From Lentisphaerae bacterium GWF2_57_35 (GTDB taxonomy: Bacteria > Verrucomicrobiota > Kiritimatiellia > CAIQIC01 > GWF2-57-35), in assembly GCA_001804865.1 (NCBI GenBank), contig MHBK01000061.1:9547-73546 (forward strand): 64,000 nucleotides of DNA, written 5' to 3'. The notes under the pieces were generated by a model. It worked only from the letters and a program-made list of their open reading frames with translations, was not told the origin of the DNA and did no database searches. Below, one piece after another: positions 29,601 to 35,686 of this stretch (positions are counted from its first letter, which is position 1; every line of letters starts with the position of its first letter). The position numbers and the translations under genes were made by a program.

Positions 29601-30882
29601 TAACGGCCCGCCCGCCGGCGGAAGCACGCCCATGCAATCCCATGATCCAAACGACAAGCTGGTGGATGTGGGCGTGGGCGACGAGCGCTTCATCACGGAG
29701 GGGCAGTCGTTGCGGTATACGATTCGCTTCGAGAATCAATCCAACGCCACGGCCTCGGCCCAGTTGGTGACCATTACCGATCCGCTGGATGAACGGCTGG
29801 ATTGGAGCACGCTGGAACTGGATGCGATCCAATTCGGCGATCGGGTGGTGGAGGTCCCCTCCGGCCTGCAAGCCTATGACCGCCGGGTGGACTTGCGGCC
29901 GTTCGGCAATGACCTTTTAGTGGATGTCAAAGCGCGGTTCGATCGCGAAACCGGGCGCCTTTCCTGGCTGCTGGAAGCGATCGATCCGGCGACCGGCGAA
30001 TTCACGGAAGATCCCTTTGCCGGGTTTCTCCCGCCGAACGACGCCCTGCACAGCGGCGAAGGCAGCGTCTCGTTCCGGATCAAGCCTCGCGCCGGGCTGG
30101 CCTCCGGCACGGCCATTCCCAACATCGCGAGCATTGTCTTCGATTGGAACGAACCGATTCGCACGCCGCTGGTCAACGTCACCATCGATAGCGGCCTGCC
30201 GTCCAGCCAAGTTGAGGCCCTGCCGACGGAATCGCCCTTGCGATTCATGGTGTCCTGGACCGGCCAGGACGATGTCGGCGGCAGCGGATTGGCCGGCTAT
30301 GACGTTTATGTGTCGACCGATGGCGACCCCTATGCCAAGTGGCTGATCCGGACCGAACAAGCGCGTGCCTGGTTCGAGGGGATCGAAGGCTCGGAATATC
30401 GGTTCGTCGCCTTGGCCTACGATCGGGTCGGCCACGTTGAACCCTGGCCCTCCTCCGCTCCGGATGCCTGGACGCGCGCCCTGGCGATCGCCGGTTCGCC
30501 CGGCGACGAAGATGGCGACGGCATTCCCGACGACTGGGAGCGGGCGGTATTCGGTTCGCCGCTGGCTGCCCAGGCGGTTTCCGATCACGACCGCGATGGC
30601 GTGACCGATCGGGAAGAGTACCTGGCCGGGACCGATGCGCTGAGCGCAGACTCTTCGTTCGTGCTGCATTCGCCGCAACTGGAGCATGCGTTCTCCCCGT
30701 CCTTCGTCTTGAGGTGGGCCAGCGCTACGAATCGGACGTATACGATCGTCAAATTCACCAACGGATTTTCGCAGGGCGTCATCATGACCCAGGGCATGGC
30801 CGGCCTCCCGCCGATCAATGTCTATACCGATGGGCAAGTGAACGGCAGCGCCATCTACGGCATCATGACCGGCCCGCCTTGA
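14695..30882 (+). CDS. Giant secreted multi-repeat surface/adhesin-like protein (~5,395 aa)
   Basis: AGGAGG RBS 9 nt before ATG 14695. Signal peptide MKWCTRVVMGLLFLAAGTRLVA. Four repeated right-handed beta-helix modules (GGG[VI][YH]C motifs), each ending in ...SPC[RV]NAG... plus a PKD-like WDLDGDG segment. Five Ig-like repeats containing LDQDGDG[VM]PGE. About 18 CARDB-like repeats (PDL...AGQ...W.[VT].N.G....W.D.VYLS...E[TP]NN). About 10 carboxypeptidase-regulatory-like beta-sandwich repeats. An uncharacterised ~350-aa globular region. DUF11-like repeats. Thrombospondin-type-3-like Asp-rich Ca-binding motifs (GDEDGDGIPDDWE, DHDRDGVTDREE). A C-terminal ~70-aa domain. The 16.2-kb uninterrupted frame is highly significant in itself. 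Confidence 0.85.
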   Translation: MKWCTRVVMGLLFLAAGTRLVADIHYVSPSGDNISPYTSWATAARLVSNAVSVAGAGDTVLVSNGLYFVSSEILLKQDVTLQSVQGPAATILDGSNKCRVVRMAASNAVLDGFTIQHGFVNNGGGGGVCLEGTGVVQNCVIRENKASSGYYAVGGGGVYCNRGGTVRYCEIRDNEGASSGGGVHCYLGGLVQNCAIIGNATTLYGSDGGGIYFAQGGRAENCTIGGNTAYGSGDGIYCYVQGTLENCIIYHNGDENWTPGWSNRMTYCCTTPAVGGAGNFTNDPRCLAPVDGNFRLCMDSPCRDAGLQRPEYLTALDLDGRPRVAGAGVDLGAYEAGPLQADFSATRRVGLVPLDVVYMAAVSATNVDGLWYAWDLDGDSTVDMVGYGLACVTTTYETIGWHSAALTVANAAGETSRSVKPAYYVQAGPTDVYVATNGGAAWPYADWSMAARSLQAAVDAGVTGTRVWVSNGLYVLNQPLTLAHGIYVSSMNGLESTTLTGTGGVRCLYLNHPQAAVDGFTITNGYSAMGSGAYFAEGGGSVRRCRLAGNRSYGYDGGGAVYFAAAGLVEDCEIVGNRAEYRGGGVAFVNGGMVDRCVIYGNRSSQGGGIYLSQGGLLRNSLVYGNAASYGGGASSYSGGLIENSTLCRNSASVVGGGIQGNWGGMLRNSIVYYNAAPEDANWSTEDSGLSFTNCCTFPTADGDGNQAGPPGFLDEEEFNFALMPDSPCRNAGRYETWMEGATDVRGQARATESAVDMGAMETGPLQVDIRGMNLTGPAPLAACFQTVCSGTNTTIVRYDWDLDGDGVMDWSGADGSVTTNIFTTAGHYGVICQAVNSAGETARVAKASGYVKVGPAAAYVAASGAHEYPYDTWAKAATNIQAAIGVGTYGTVVWVANGTYVSGARLAVTNHVTLKSVNGAGCTIVQGEGMDSCVYMDQAEATVEGFTIQGGSGNGGGVHIQSGGRVRYCRVTGNEAYYGAGIYCVASAVVERCEVDGNKAAQDGGGIYTEWGHNQILDCVIRNNEAGSCGGGVYADEGTLLRNCVLARNRGGYGGGGYVKDDVQVDSCTVTDNQGSYKGGGLYWDSKVEIQNSILYFNRCDSSNGGSNYFCNSCQWDGLEYIHIANTCLAPALAGDGNTDADPLFLDVENEAYSLQPGSPCVNAGVHEAWMVGGYDIEGYDRVIQGAVDMGAYEFGPLRCSFRADLREGTAPMAVVFTSFVAGTNLAGLYYKWDFNGDGVADQEGYGLQEVTNRYNDFGTFAPRLVVAGADAETQSCELPGAGIRVAPAALYVDPSGAAIYPYTNWSMAARDIQTAVDQSARGSCVWVSNGVYTLSASVTIPRAMTVRSLNGAEAATIHGNDAVQCVSLLATGATISGFTLTGGRGHLGGGVYCGRGAVVDRCRAMSNRAYHASSTLVWGGGVYCEGGTVRYSAIEDNRTAEEGYGGGGYITSSGLVEHCTILRNEGGYGGGLYVTEGSVVRNSIVAGNLALNSDYNESGGGGVYCSTESAIENCTIVNNRANRSGAGVLLYYNGYVHNSIIWSNQGANVYIFGGMGYVDHTCSTPLPAGNGNIAADPLFADLETLDVRLQPGSPCINVGTNQAWMAKDTDYQGYDRIINGRVDLGVYEFSPANTVRVSGHTPAGNALPPLGSLLIHFQYEMDPASFSIAEDILRFEGPSGAISATQAAWLSSRTLQLTFPTQTELGSYELVLGSQMSDREGRGLDQDGDGVPGESPDDEYLAAFRFPAFWVMSHEPNGERTEAVDSLRIRFSQPVQPGDCTAADVTLNGPLGSIPIANDPLRVSNDLYEVAFPRQVAGGTYALTVGPEIWSADGELLDQDGDGMPGEPEHDRYEGCFTIVDNAGPRIVSVLPAYARAAVSNLVIRFSEPMSPEHFTTEDLTLSGPDDYIVLEQITAIAPDEFQVSFPAATDAGTYSFSIGPDVRDVAGNMMDQDQDGQKGEDYDDVYYGEWVLDRTCPRVTWANPSAGELFDALTRVDVQFSEEMDFLQMTPNLATCIGPYGVVQATNIVAVSTDSARFYFPATEASGELVFRLAESACDLAGNPLDQNQNGVGGEPGDAFSRTYEQSLPDLVIGGLSGPTEAWPEQAVDVTWMATNAGPGWAAGPWHDVVRISPTAQPGPNDLVLASLEFDGELEPDGSYTRVWSGRLPALAEGRWWLHATLDASNRLAEGGGSFNNRLTTTHPLWITSRPGPDLRVDELEAAEAMIGGWKYRVTWRVANHGTAGTSAAGWQDRVYLSPQPVFDSSQAVAVSPPIRNPDFLASGESYEQEAEIVIPFDTGYGDWYLMVRADDQNQVEEFGAETNNAKGLAVSITGPNVSDEPYLSVVSIEAPAVLRAGQRPDITWTIRNTGGQTILNGWASGTGWDDGLAISPDPIYDASDYWLGSHNYWNGCPLAPGESYTTTGKPEHPIPAWAGSYYLIVVPDTHFGANAAFGASMVDRSFGVFPVTIEAGGGYLDLVVTNIITPPFLSPGQTTRIGWQVRNIAVGSLAGKSWCDRIFLSDDGSLNGALLLAEKQGPSSSIEGYDASAGIQVPADMEPGAYYLVAAADVRNELTETDENNNVGISTQTVHVVRREVDLTISTAAAPSAATSGGLLNVQWTTLNRGRDELADDVWQDAWYLSTHPEFHPVQARCLGRFKHEQTLAAGGEMTNAASVAVPFDVEGAYYVHVVCDSAGAVFEYQGETNNVYRLPGLLTVNGDAADLTVLNIQCPTQAAAGQSMSILWGITNAGNLAAEAPWMDAVYLSTNEVWSRQNARLVWCGTQTNRLAAGGMKEQAGVLVSLADGISGLYYVYVETDSRQEVYERGAEPNNIVRSLQPVTVVDYLPDLEIVSSFVTGEPAAGELVSVSWTIANRGEDYVTAPWDEAIYLSTDAVWSVEEDLLLARYTHGDEVAAGATSACPVEATSVRLPARIGGVRYLLIVTDPDGARAELCETNNVAVVSTLQLVEKSPNLTVAAVTAPPEALAGSVIPFQWTVDNRGDRAVESVGWRDAVYLSRDDVFEPQTDIEVGSVERTGPLGTGAAYSSSCSLPLRQDLEGSYQVFVATDSRGEIYEAGHEADNVSTSFVTLVVQGSRVDLCPAAFAGPAEAYAGQEAAIVWEVRNQGRDATPAVRWEDALYLSEDNRWDAQDQRLASVGYNGPLAARSQYRREHSAMLPENAAGDFFLILKTDAGSFNDVFEYQAETNNTRVQPIHIALPPPADLQPVGIANVGALWSGQSAQIEWTVRNSGLAAAAGRAGSWYDGVYLSRDPFLDRDQDIRLGSSERVGALAPEGSYAASGTFRLPRGISGPYYLLVAVDETGEVPERGGEGNNLGVSAAPISILMLPPSDLEVLTLAWSTNAIGYDDSLTLTGLAANTWSGGDSALGVWWDTLYLSSDRTWDLDDPRIARLRHEGEVAAGETYSLELATNLPSVLLGDYFVIARADILNDVRERSETNNLYVSTGVVTVVGRELVLNQPRTNRIAAGPAQMHHLAAYSNDERWVTLTPAGEGRFELYAAYGRLPGRSDYDEQATSENGEVVNLRIPATASGAYYVAVYGSATGAPAMYYLEAREAGYAIANLNLSMAGAGGQATLTVKGSGFKAGMTARLENASGVIVAEGRLQFLNAGEAAVTFDLTTAAPGTYVLIFENPDGTTVQQNFTVVPPSSEGLYVNLNPPAFVRANRSYALRLVYGNRGNRDIPAPIVKITAGGGGLISLRSGDPLEFKSSVLLLAAAPQGMAGILPPHSEYTMELPLLVNGDEYVPFNMNVIASTNVEVLDWQKYENTLRPSEMSDQEWQPMFDRFKARMGATWGSYDTRLALDATRLAPRGIDVADVDELLGYEKSLALGMGPAAVVGTVIDAASGLVLTGMVVQALQDGEYRGDAISASNGLFVISALEAGSYVLQVKDALPAEEVRVDVSAAQDALGVVVRASRGYTLTGSVSDERGWPVTNALVLLSEQSRGSVAAAPAWQPDGTFAMKALAQGCYRVQAAAGGYLPAVQESIPLDDQHPASNLVFRLERGASLTGVVRDGSTLAPVSGALVCALTRSGGRQFGRTDAAGAYTLRGLSADGWEILAMAEGYLKSEAIAVEFEAHETKNQDLTLMPGAVLVGRLVGLSGAPVTGVTVKATTETSSGSAATDDQGWYRIVGLGAGIHQLTAGGTGGLAPARAETPCLVPGAETRLPDVRLVEGGVISGRIVAAQDSLPIAGASLAIAGRDDGPQSVIVGADGRFSAEGYPAGSYLLSASAPDHADVQRLVTMPSNLVCAATELALSSPGVVTGTVCHAAGLPLSSGVVVRLYSPQGLRLGEVPVDVRGGFRYAPVVPGAYVALPASDQWAFTGRTIQVAAGSVCGVRFVAESSGLTGTVVDAATGDPIAGAQLVYRSEREPAQLWDAQTSANGEYEFSSLAPGPGHLTVSAPGKGRVRQAVTLPAQGRAHYAAALSAGYTIDGRVTDAATGKPIPEALIQVVEQNAGLWGWRVYAGVDTNGSYEVADLPSGEMLLRVCATGYPLVERVVTLSSDIREDVGLATNGYRLRLVVQETPAHAPVSGVMGQLCRDGSPVASFKTDVSGTATIEPLAAAVYDIRWIYPVADLDSGLSVTGNCEVAYNLDPVTAALSQADAMHYRHVLDELPEPEHWWQYLQNDYILAMSEETAVSLACRFIGTVTFWMPVSCKHMRQFLNQYRETIYHTRDFAAMHVQADGRFINFGKEVSKELLTKFPHNAGPGAMILGQPLNTPIDYVVPYTQYRQTHVPIFYQNSFDSPVYTGFGGIYYDDLRLAYGNVDEVFYSGLLRYKKTVDLNLGHEVMNVTYDSLLEFTLWDEWNFEKGFGFPENVFARLQSEYGYQSDYTLTRTPLQVKGTLVFPMYLVRVFTSPDEGGTASAEMIPDTGEKVGEYYTLYSQITLTAQPKPGYRFKEWASLYQYKPKGNPAVIGLFKPALMMAIFEKINETNKPDPDPDNGPPAGGSTPMQSHDPNDKLVDVGVGDERFITEGQSLRYTIRFENQSNATASAQLVTITDPLDERLDWSTLELDAIQFGDRVVEVPSGLQAYDRRVDLRPFGNDLLVDVKARFDRETGRLSWLLEAIDPATGEFTEDPFAGFLPPNDALHSGEGSVSFRIKPRAGLASGTAIPNIASIVFDWNEPIRTPLVNVTIDSGLPSSQVEALPTESPLRFMVSWTGQDDVGGSGLAGYDVYVSTDGDPYAKWLIRTEQARAWFEGIEGSEYRFVALAYDRVGHVEPWPSSAPDAWTRALAIAGSPGDEDGDGIPDDWERAVFGSPLAAQAVSDHDRDGVTDREEYLAGTDALSADSSFVLHSPQLEHAFSPSFVLRWASATNRTYTIVKFTNGFSQGVIMTQGMAGLPPINVYTDGQVNGSAIYGIMTGPP

Positions 30883-30903
30883 GGGGCTGCGGTTCTCTTT
30901 TCA

Positions 30904-30925
30904 GGAGCCGCTCCGAAGCGGCTCC
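30904..30925 (+). terminator. Stem-loop (GGAGCCGCT-ccga-AGCGGCTCC) 22 nt after the giant gene stop; possible terminator without a clear U-tract
   Basis: Perfect 9-bp stem. No T-run follows, so assignment as a terminator is tentative. Confidence 0.3.
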
Positions 30926-30977
30926 GTCGATTCGGGGTGCATCTCGACACGGCCGCAGATTGTATGGGGAAAAGAAA

Positions 30978-31043
30978 GCGCTCAGCGGAGTGAGCGCCCT
31001 ACCAACGGCAAGAAAAGGTAGGGACGGCGCTCCGCCGCCGTCC
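30978..31043. repeat. REP-like repeat, family C (three consecutive hairpins: GCGCTCAGCGGAGTGAGCGC / CCCTACC...GGTAGGG / GACGGCGCTCCGCCGCCGTC), copy 1
   Basis: Near-identical copy at 34002..34067. A partial rearranged copy lies at 38929..38985. Translated inside spurious ORF extensions as ...ALSGVSALPTA(R/K)(K/N)GRDGAP... Confidence 0.75.
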
Positions 31044-31205
31044 GCTGTTGCGGCCGTGTCAGGATGCACCCGCCGATTCGCCCCTCATCACTTCGGAATC
31101 GACATGCGAACTGGCATGGGACAATATCCCCGCTCCGATCAGGAGGGGGCCGGTTGCATCGATCGTCGAATCGTGAGCGCCAGAGTTAAGCGTGAGGAAT
31201 CCAAC

Positions 31206-32264
31206 ATGCTGGGAAAGCGTTTTGAATATAATGGCCGGTCTTGGCTGCCGTTGAATCAACTGCAGTCGGAGTTGCGCGCGCAGATTGAAGGCAAACTCAA
31301 GGACGGGATTTACCGCTTCGAGGATGTCCCCTGTTGCATCTGCGATGGGCGGGATTTCGAAGCCTTGTCGACGCGCGATCGGTACGGGCTGTATATGCCC
31401 GTAGTCATCTGCCGACAATGCGGCTTGATTCAAACCAACCCGCGAATGACGCAGGAATCGTACAGCGAATTCTACAATGCCGAATATCTTCAGTTGTACA
31501 TGGGGGAGGAAATTCCCCGCCCATACTTCTTCGCAAGCCAGCTCGAAAAGGGCCGCCGGATCTTTGCGTATCTCTCGACCCAGCCTCTTTCCAAGCCCCT
31601 GGCGACGATGTCGGTCCTGGAGGTGGGCTGCGGCGCCGGCGGCATTTTGCATTACTTCAAGCAGCAGGGCTGTTCTGTGCAAGGGATCGATCTGGGAGCG
31701 GAAAATGTGGCTTTCGGACGGGAACGATACGGCCTGAATCTGTCCCGCGGGACCATCGCGGACGTTCGATGGGATGTCCCCCCCGATCTCATCATCTACT
31801 CTCATGTGCTTGAACATGTTCTTCAGCCTAACAATGAGTTGCAGCAGGTGCGTAGAATCCTGCCGGATGACGGCGTGTTGTACGTTGAACTGCCGGGCGT
31901 GAAAGACGTCCGCAAGAGCTGCGACCGGGAGTTTCTCCGCTATCTGCAGAACGCCCACACGTATCATTTTACGTTGACGAGTTTGAAGAATCTGCTGCAA
32001 CGAAACGGATTCGAGCTCATCGCCGGTTCCGAGAGCATTAATAGCGTGTTCCGAAAACGGAAGGGGGAAGCCTCCCCCGCCATCGTCAATGACTGCCCTG
32101 ATGCGATGTCGTATCTGCGTTCCAACGAATTCCGTCGCAAGCTCCGCCCCCCGTCAGCCTCCGAACTCAATCGATGGAGCCGTTCGGCGGTTCTGGCCGC
32201 ATTGAAAACGATCGGTCTCGATCGTGCCGCAAAAGCCCGATACGAGGCGTGGAAACGGCGTTAA
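31206..32264 (+). CDS. Class I SAM-dependent methyltransferase with N-terminal CxxC...CxxC zinc-ribbon
   Basis: PCCICDG...CRQCG, then SAM motif I VLEVGCGAGGILHYF and an acidic motif II. GAGGAA RBS. The track ORF 30714..32264 was trimmed to the internal ATG because its upstream part is REP-derived. Confidence 0.7.
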   Translation: MLGKRFEYNGRSWLPLNQLQSELRAQIEGKLKDGIYRFEDVPCCICDGRDFEALSTRDRYGLYMPVVICRQCGLIQTNPRMTQESYSEFYNAEYLQLYMGEEIPRPYFFASQLEKGRRIFAYLSTQPLSKPLATMSVLEVGCGAGGILHYFKQQGCSVQGIDLGAENVAFGRERYGLNLSRGTIADVRWDVPPDLIIYSHVLEHVLQPNNELQQVRRILPDDGVLYVELPGVKDVRKSCDREFLRYLQNAHTYHFTLTSLKNLLQRNGFELIAGSESINSVFRKRKGEASPAIVNDCPDAMSYLRSNEFRRKLRPPSASELNRWSRSAVLAALKTIGLDRAAKARYEAWKRR

Positions 32265-32516
32265 GCGCGAAGAACGATTCGGTTTGCTTGGCGGCTATTT
32301 TCGCATCTTTATCGCCCGGAAGATCGGAATCGACCCCCAACAGTACGATCAGCAATGCTCCCGCATGTTCCCCAAGTGCGGAACAAAACAGCAGCAGAAG
32401 CAACGGAAGCGTTATTCGGTGTATCCATCTTCCCTCAGAACAAGCCGGCCTTGTTCTACAATCCGCACTAAAACGCCGGTTCACAGCAGCCATTGTAATT
32501 ATGAACCCAAAAGGTG

Positions 32517-32568
32517 GCCCGGCTTCTCCCTGCCCGCATCGCTACGCGAAGCGTTGCGGGCAGGGAGA
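32517..32568. repeat. REP family B, copy 2
   Basis: GGCTTCTCCCTGCCCGCATCGCTACGCGAAGCGTTGCGGGCAGGGAGAA; perfect 12-bp stem. Confidence 0.65.
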
Positions 32569-32644
32569 ACGCGGTCCACAGGGACTTCAACGCCTTTCCC
32601 CAAGCGATGACGGGGTCGATCATGGCGTTTCGCGGATAATGACC

Positions 32645-32869
32645 TTAGCGAGCTGTCTTCGTCCTGATCCTCCAAACGCACCAGGTCGCGAGCAGGATAA
32701 CCGTGAGCACGTAAGCCGGGATGTACGGCATTATAAGCGAAACCCATTCGCCCTGCGCATGACCGTGCAACGCTCGTTCTGTGGTGACGATGATTCCGAC
32801 CACGAGGCCACTGGGCACGCCCACCGAACCCAGAAAGGTGTCTTCAAGATGTTTGCCAGAATTCTGCAT
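32645..32869 (-). CDS. Hypothetical small membrane protein (74 aa, two predicted TM helices)
   Basis: GAGG RBS before ATG 32869. Hydrophobic segments LVVGIIVTT and IPAYVLTVILLATWCVW. Weak evidence only. Confidence 0.3.
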   Translation of the reverse strand: MQNSGKHLEDTFLGSVGVPSGLVVGIIVTTERALHGHAQGEWVSLIMPYIPAYVLTVILLATWCVWRIRTKTAR

Positions 32870-32960
32870 GTTCGCCTCGTCTTTGCTCTATCGGCGTCCT
32901 CCGTGTCCGCTTGAGGTCGCAATTTGCGACCAAGAAATTCGCCAGGCGCGAAGGTCTGGC

Positions 32961-33944
32961 CTACAAATTCGTCAAGGGATTGCCGCTCGACTCGTCGGAC
33001 CCCGACGGCTCTTCGAACTGTCGCTTCAGGCTGTGCAGCCGCGTGCGTAGGAGCGGCTGAAGCGCTCGCAGCAAAACCATCCGAATCGGCACCATGACGA
33101 CGATGAGGGGGATGAACAACGCAAGGAACAGGCCGAGAACGATCCGTCTTCGCCAGGAGCCCGCCGGGCCGGCATGGGCGAGGGCGCGTCCGAAGAAACG
33201 CAGGAAAGCATGGCCGATTTTTTCGCTGGCGATCAAGCGGGGGTCCACCTTTACGGCGCCCAAGCCTCGCAGGTAGGGCCGTTGGCTGGGCCAGGTGGGT
33301 TGGCGGAGCGCAGTCAAAAGTGCGTCTCCAAATCGGGAGCACCGCTGGATTTCATCGGGATGAATGCCGGCGGGCGGGAACAGCCCGAGCCAGGCGCCTT
33401 TGTTTCCGGTCAGCATCCAGCGAACGGTCGTGACGATTGAGGCGACGGCATTGCCTTGATCCACCACGGCTACGTGGTCCGTTAAAACCCCTTGCGCTTT
33501 TTCGAGGCCGCGCTTGATTTGTTCCTGGGCCATGATCCACATGCCCCGGCAGGCGGCCACGGTGACGACCGGTTTGCCGCGAAAGAGTTTTTGGGCGGGC
33601 TCCGAGGCGAGAAAGGCCTGGATGGGCGGAGCGGGCCGCAAGAACCACGCTGGGTAGCCTAAAATAATCAGATCCCACGAGACGGCCGTATCCGCTTTGA
33701 GCGGCATGACTTTTTGAACGGTTGAATCGATGCAATCGGGCAAGGCGTCGAAAAACGAACTCAGGGTCCAGGGAAACGGATACGGGCGCTCCGGAACGAG
33801 TTCTTCAAAAACAACGTCCACATCAGGGGCCTTCAGGAGGGGTTGCACAAGATGGCCAAGAACATTTCTTAGTTGGCCGGTTTGAGAATAGTAAACGACG
33901 AGTACCTTGGTTTTTTCCTTTGAGCCCATGCGATTGACATTCAT
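32961..33944 (-). CDS. darA: DarA-like dialkylresorcinol-condensing-enzyme family protein (flavodoxin-like N-terminus)
   Basis: KVLVVYYSQTGQLRNV... flavodoxin-like start and ~320-aa length with a C-terminal hydrophobic segment, as in the DarA family. Divergent to the adjacent KAS III-like gene. Confidence 0.6.
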   Translation of the reverse strand: MNVNRMGSKEKTKVLVVYYSQTGQLRNVLGHLVQPLLKAPDVDVVFEELVPERPYPFPWTLSSFFDALPDCIDSTVQKVMPLKADTAVSWDLIILGYPAWFLRPAPPIQAFLASEPAQKLFRGKPVVTVAACRGMWIMAQEQIKRGLEKAQGVLTDHVAVVDQGNAVASIVTTVRWMLTGNKGAWLGLFPPAGIHPDEIQRCSRFGDALLTALRQPTWPSQRPYLRGLGAVKVDPRLIASEKIGHAFLRFFGRALAHAGPAGSWRRRIVLGLFLALFIPLIVVMVPIRMVLLRALQPLLRTRLHSLKRQFEEPSGSDESSGNPLTNL

Positions 33945-34001
33945 TTACCGCTCACTAAAATGCAAGCAGGATTTGCCTCTGACGAAATCCGGGAAAACAA
34001 G

Positions 34002-34067
34002 GCGCTCAGCGGAGTGAGCGCCCTACCCACGGCAAAGAACGGTAGGGACGGCGCTCCGTCGCCGTCC
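34002..34067. repeat. REP family C, copy 2 (between divergent darA and darB)
   Basis: GCGCTCAGCGGAGTGAGCGCCCTACCCACGGCAAAGAACGGTAGGGACGGCGCTCCGTCGCCGTCC. Confidence 0.75.
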
Positions 34068-34115
34068 GATGTTCAATTTGTCGCGGGAGAGGGGATAGGA
34101 ACGCAGATATTACGA

Positions 34116-35261
34116 ATGAAGACTGTTTATATTAATGAAGTGGCTTCCTTTCTCCCCAATGACGCCGTAGCCAACGACGATATGGATCGGTTGCTGGGCA
34201 ACGAAACCGCCGCCAAAAAGCGAATCCGCCATATCATTCTTAGTCGTAATGGGATACAGTCGAGGCATTACGCGATCGATCCGGCTACGGGCGCGTTCAA
34301 TTATACCAATGCGGCCCTGACGGCCGAGGCCGTTCGCCGGTTGCCTCAGGCGGCCGGGCAGCCGCTCGAATGTTTGTGCTGCGGCACATCCTCTCCGGAT
34401 CAATCGTTGCCGGGCCATGCGCTCATGGTGCAGGGGGAGTTGAAAATGGGCCCGTGCGAGACGGCGAGCTTTTCGGGGATTTGCGGCTCGGGGATGTCGG
34501 CGCTCAAGTACGCGTTTCTGAATGTGGCCTCTTCCCAGTCGGCTACGGCGGTGGCGACCGGGTCCGAGTTGTCGTCCATCATGTTTCGATTTGCCGATCA
34601 ATGGTCCGAGGAGGCAAATCCGGACGAACTGGAGCGCCAGCCCGGCTCGCAGTTTCATTCCCAATTCCTGCGCTGGATGTTATCCGATGGAGCCGGAGCG
34701 GTCTGGATGTCCGGCGCACCCAATAAGAATGGACTTTCCCTGCGCGTGGATTGGGTCGATCAGGTTTCCTATGCCCATGAGCTGGAGCCTTGCATGTATA
34801 TGGATGCAGCCAAGGATGACGCCGGCCAATTGACGGGCTGGCGCCGGATGGTCTGCGACGATAAATCCGACCCGCGAGGCCCGGCCTGTTTGCGGCTGCA
34901 GCAGGATGTGAAGCTGTTGAACCGGTTTATTGTCGAGTATGCCGTGGACCGAGCGCTTAGAACCATGGCCGCGAGACGCGAGTTGGACGTGAGCCGGATC
35001 GATTGGTTCCTTCCGCATTACTCGTCGGAATATTTCCGCAAGCCTCTGTTCGAACGCCTAAAGCAGGCCGGCTATGAAATTCCCGAGAACAAATGGTTCA
35101 CCAATCTTTCCGAGAAGGGGAACACGGGCGCGGCCTCGATGTATATCATGCTGGAAGAACTCTTCCATTCGGGGCGATTGAAGCCGGGACAGAAGCTTCT
35201 TTGCTTTGTACCGGAAAGCGGGCGGTTTGCTTTCTTCTATATGATGTTGACGGTGGTTTGA
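34116..35261 (+). CDS. darB: KAS III (FabH)-like ketosynthase, DarB-type (2,5-dialkylresorcinol-forming)
   Basis: MKTVYINEVASFLPN... FabH-like start. Thiolase-fold core with a Cys in the SFSGICGSGMSAL region and C-terminal ...NTGAASMYIMLEEL. Confidence 0.65.
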   Translation: MKTVYINEVASFLPNDAVANDDMDRLLGNETAAKKRIRHIILSRNGIQSRHYAIDPATGAFNYTNAALTAEAVRRLPQAAGQPLECLCCGTSSPDQSLPGHALMVQGELKMGPCETASFSGICGSGMSALKYAFLNVASSQSATAVATGSELSSIMFRFADQWSEEANPDELERQPGSQFHSQFLRWMLSDGAGAVWMSGAPNKNGLSLRVDWVDQVSYAHELEPCMYMDAAKDDAGQLTGWRRMVCDDKSDPRGPACLRLQQDVKLLNRFIVEYAVDRALRTMAARRELDVSRIDWFLPHYSSEYFRKPLFERLKQAGYEIPENKWFTNLSEKGNTGAASMYIMLEELFHSGRLKPGQKLLCFVPESGRFAFFYMMLTVV

Positions 35262-35275
35262 ATTCAAGGGGCTCT

Positions 35276-35686
35276 GTGAAAGACAAAGATGTAGCGCAGG
35301 AACAAGGCCTATATGGCGGCGAACGCGTCGTTAGATACGCGGTGGATGAAACCGGGCGTTACGTGAAAGTCTTGAGCAAGGGCTGGGCGCCGGCAAATGT
35401 GGCCAACGAGATGGCGATCGCTTCCTATGAAGACGAAGCCGAAAAGCAGCGGCGCCTGGTCTTGCAGGGGCAGGCCAGTCCCCTGGCCTTTCGCATGGCG
35501 CAAGCCAAGATGGATGAAGCGCTGCTGTCCGAATACGCGGGATTTTCCCGGCGAAAAGTCCGCCGCCATCTGACGCCGGAAGGCTTTCGGGCGCTTTCGG
35601 CAGAAGAGCTGGATCGGTATGCGCGGGCGTTGGGTCTCGCCCGCGAACAACTGATGAGCGCTCCCGAGGGCAAAACGACCGTATGA
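35276..35686 (+). CDS. Hypothetical protein (~136 aa) in the dar/ABC operon
   Basis: In-frame continuation of ORF 35093..35686, trimmed to the first start (GTG 35276) after the darB stop. No recognisable family. Start uncertain (alternative ATG 35411). Confidence 0.35.
   Translation: MKDKDVAQEQGLYGGERVVRYAVDETGRYVKVLSKGWAPANVANEMAIASYEDEAEKQRRLVLQGQASPLAFRMAQAKMDEALLSEYAGFSRRKVRRHLTPEGFRALSAEELDRYARALGLAREQLMSAPEGKTTV

Noticed and set aside
32167-32493. Minus ORF 108 aa with a hydrophobic segment, overlapping the 3' end of the methyltransferase gene
   Set aside because: 98-nt convergent overlap with a well-supported gene. It contains the family B REP hairpin. No RBS. Only the neighbouring 74-aa ORF (32645..32869) was kept, at low confidence.
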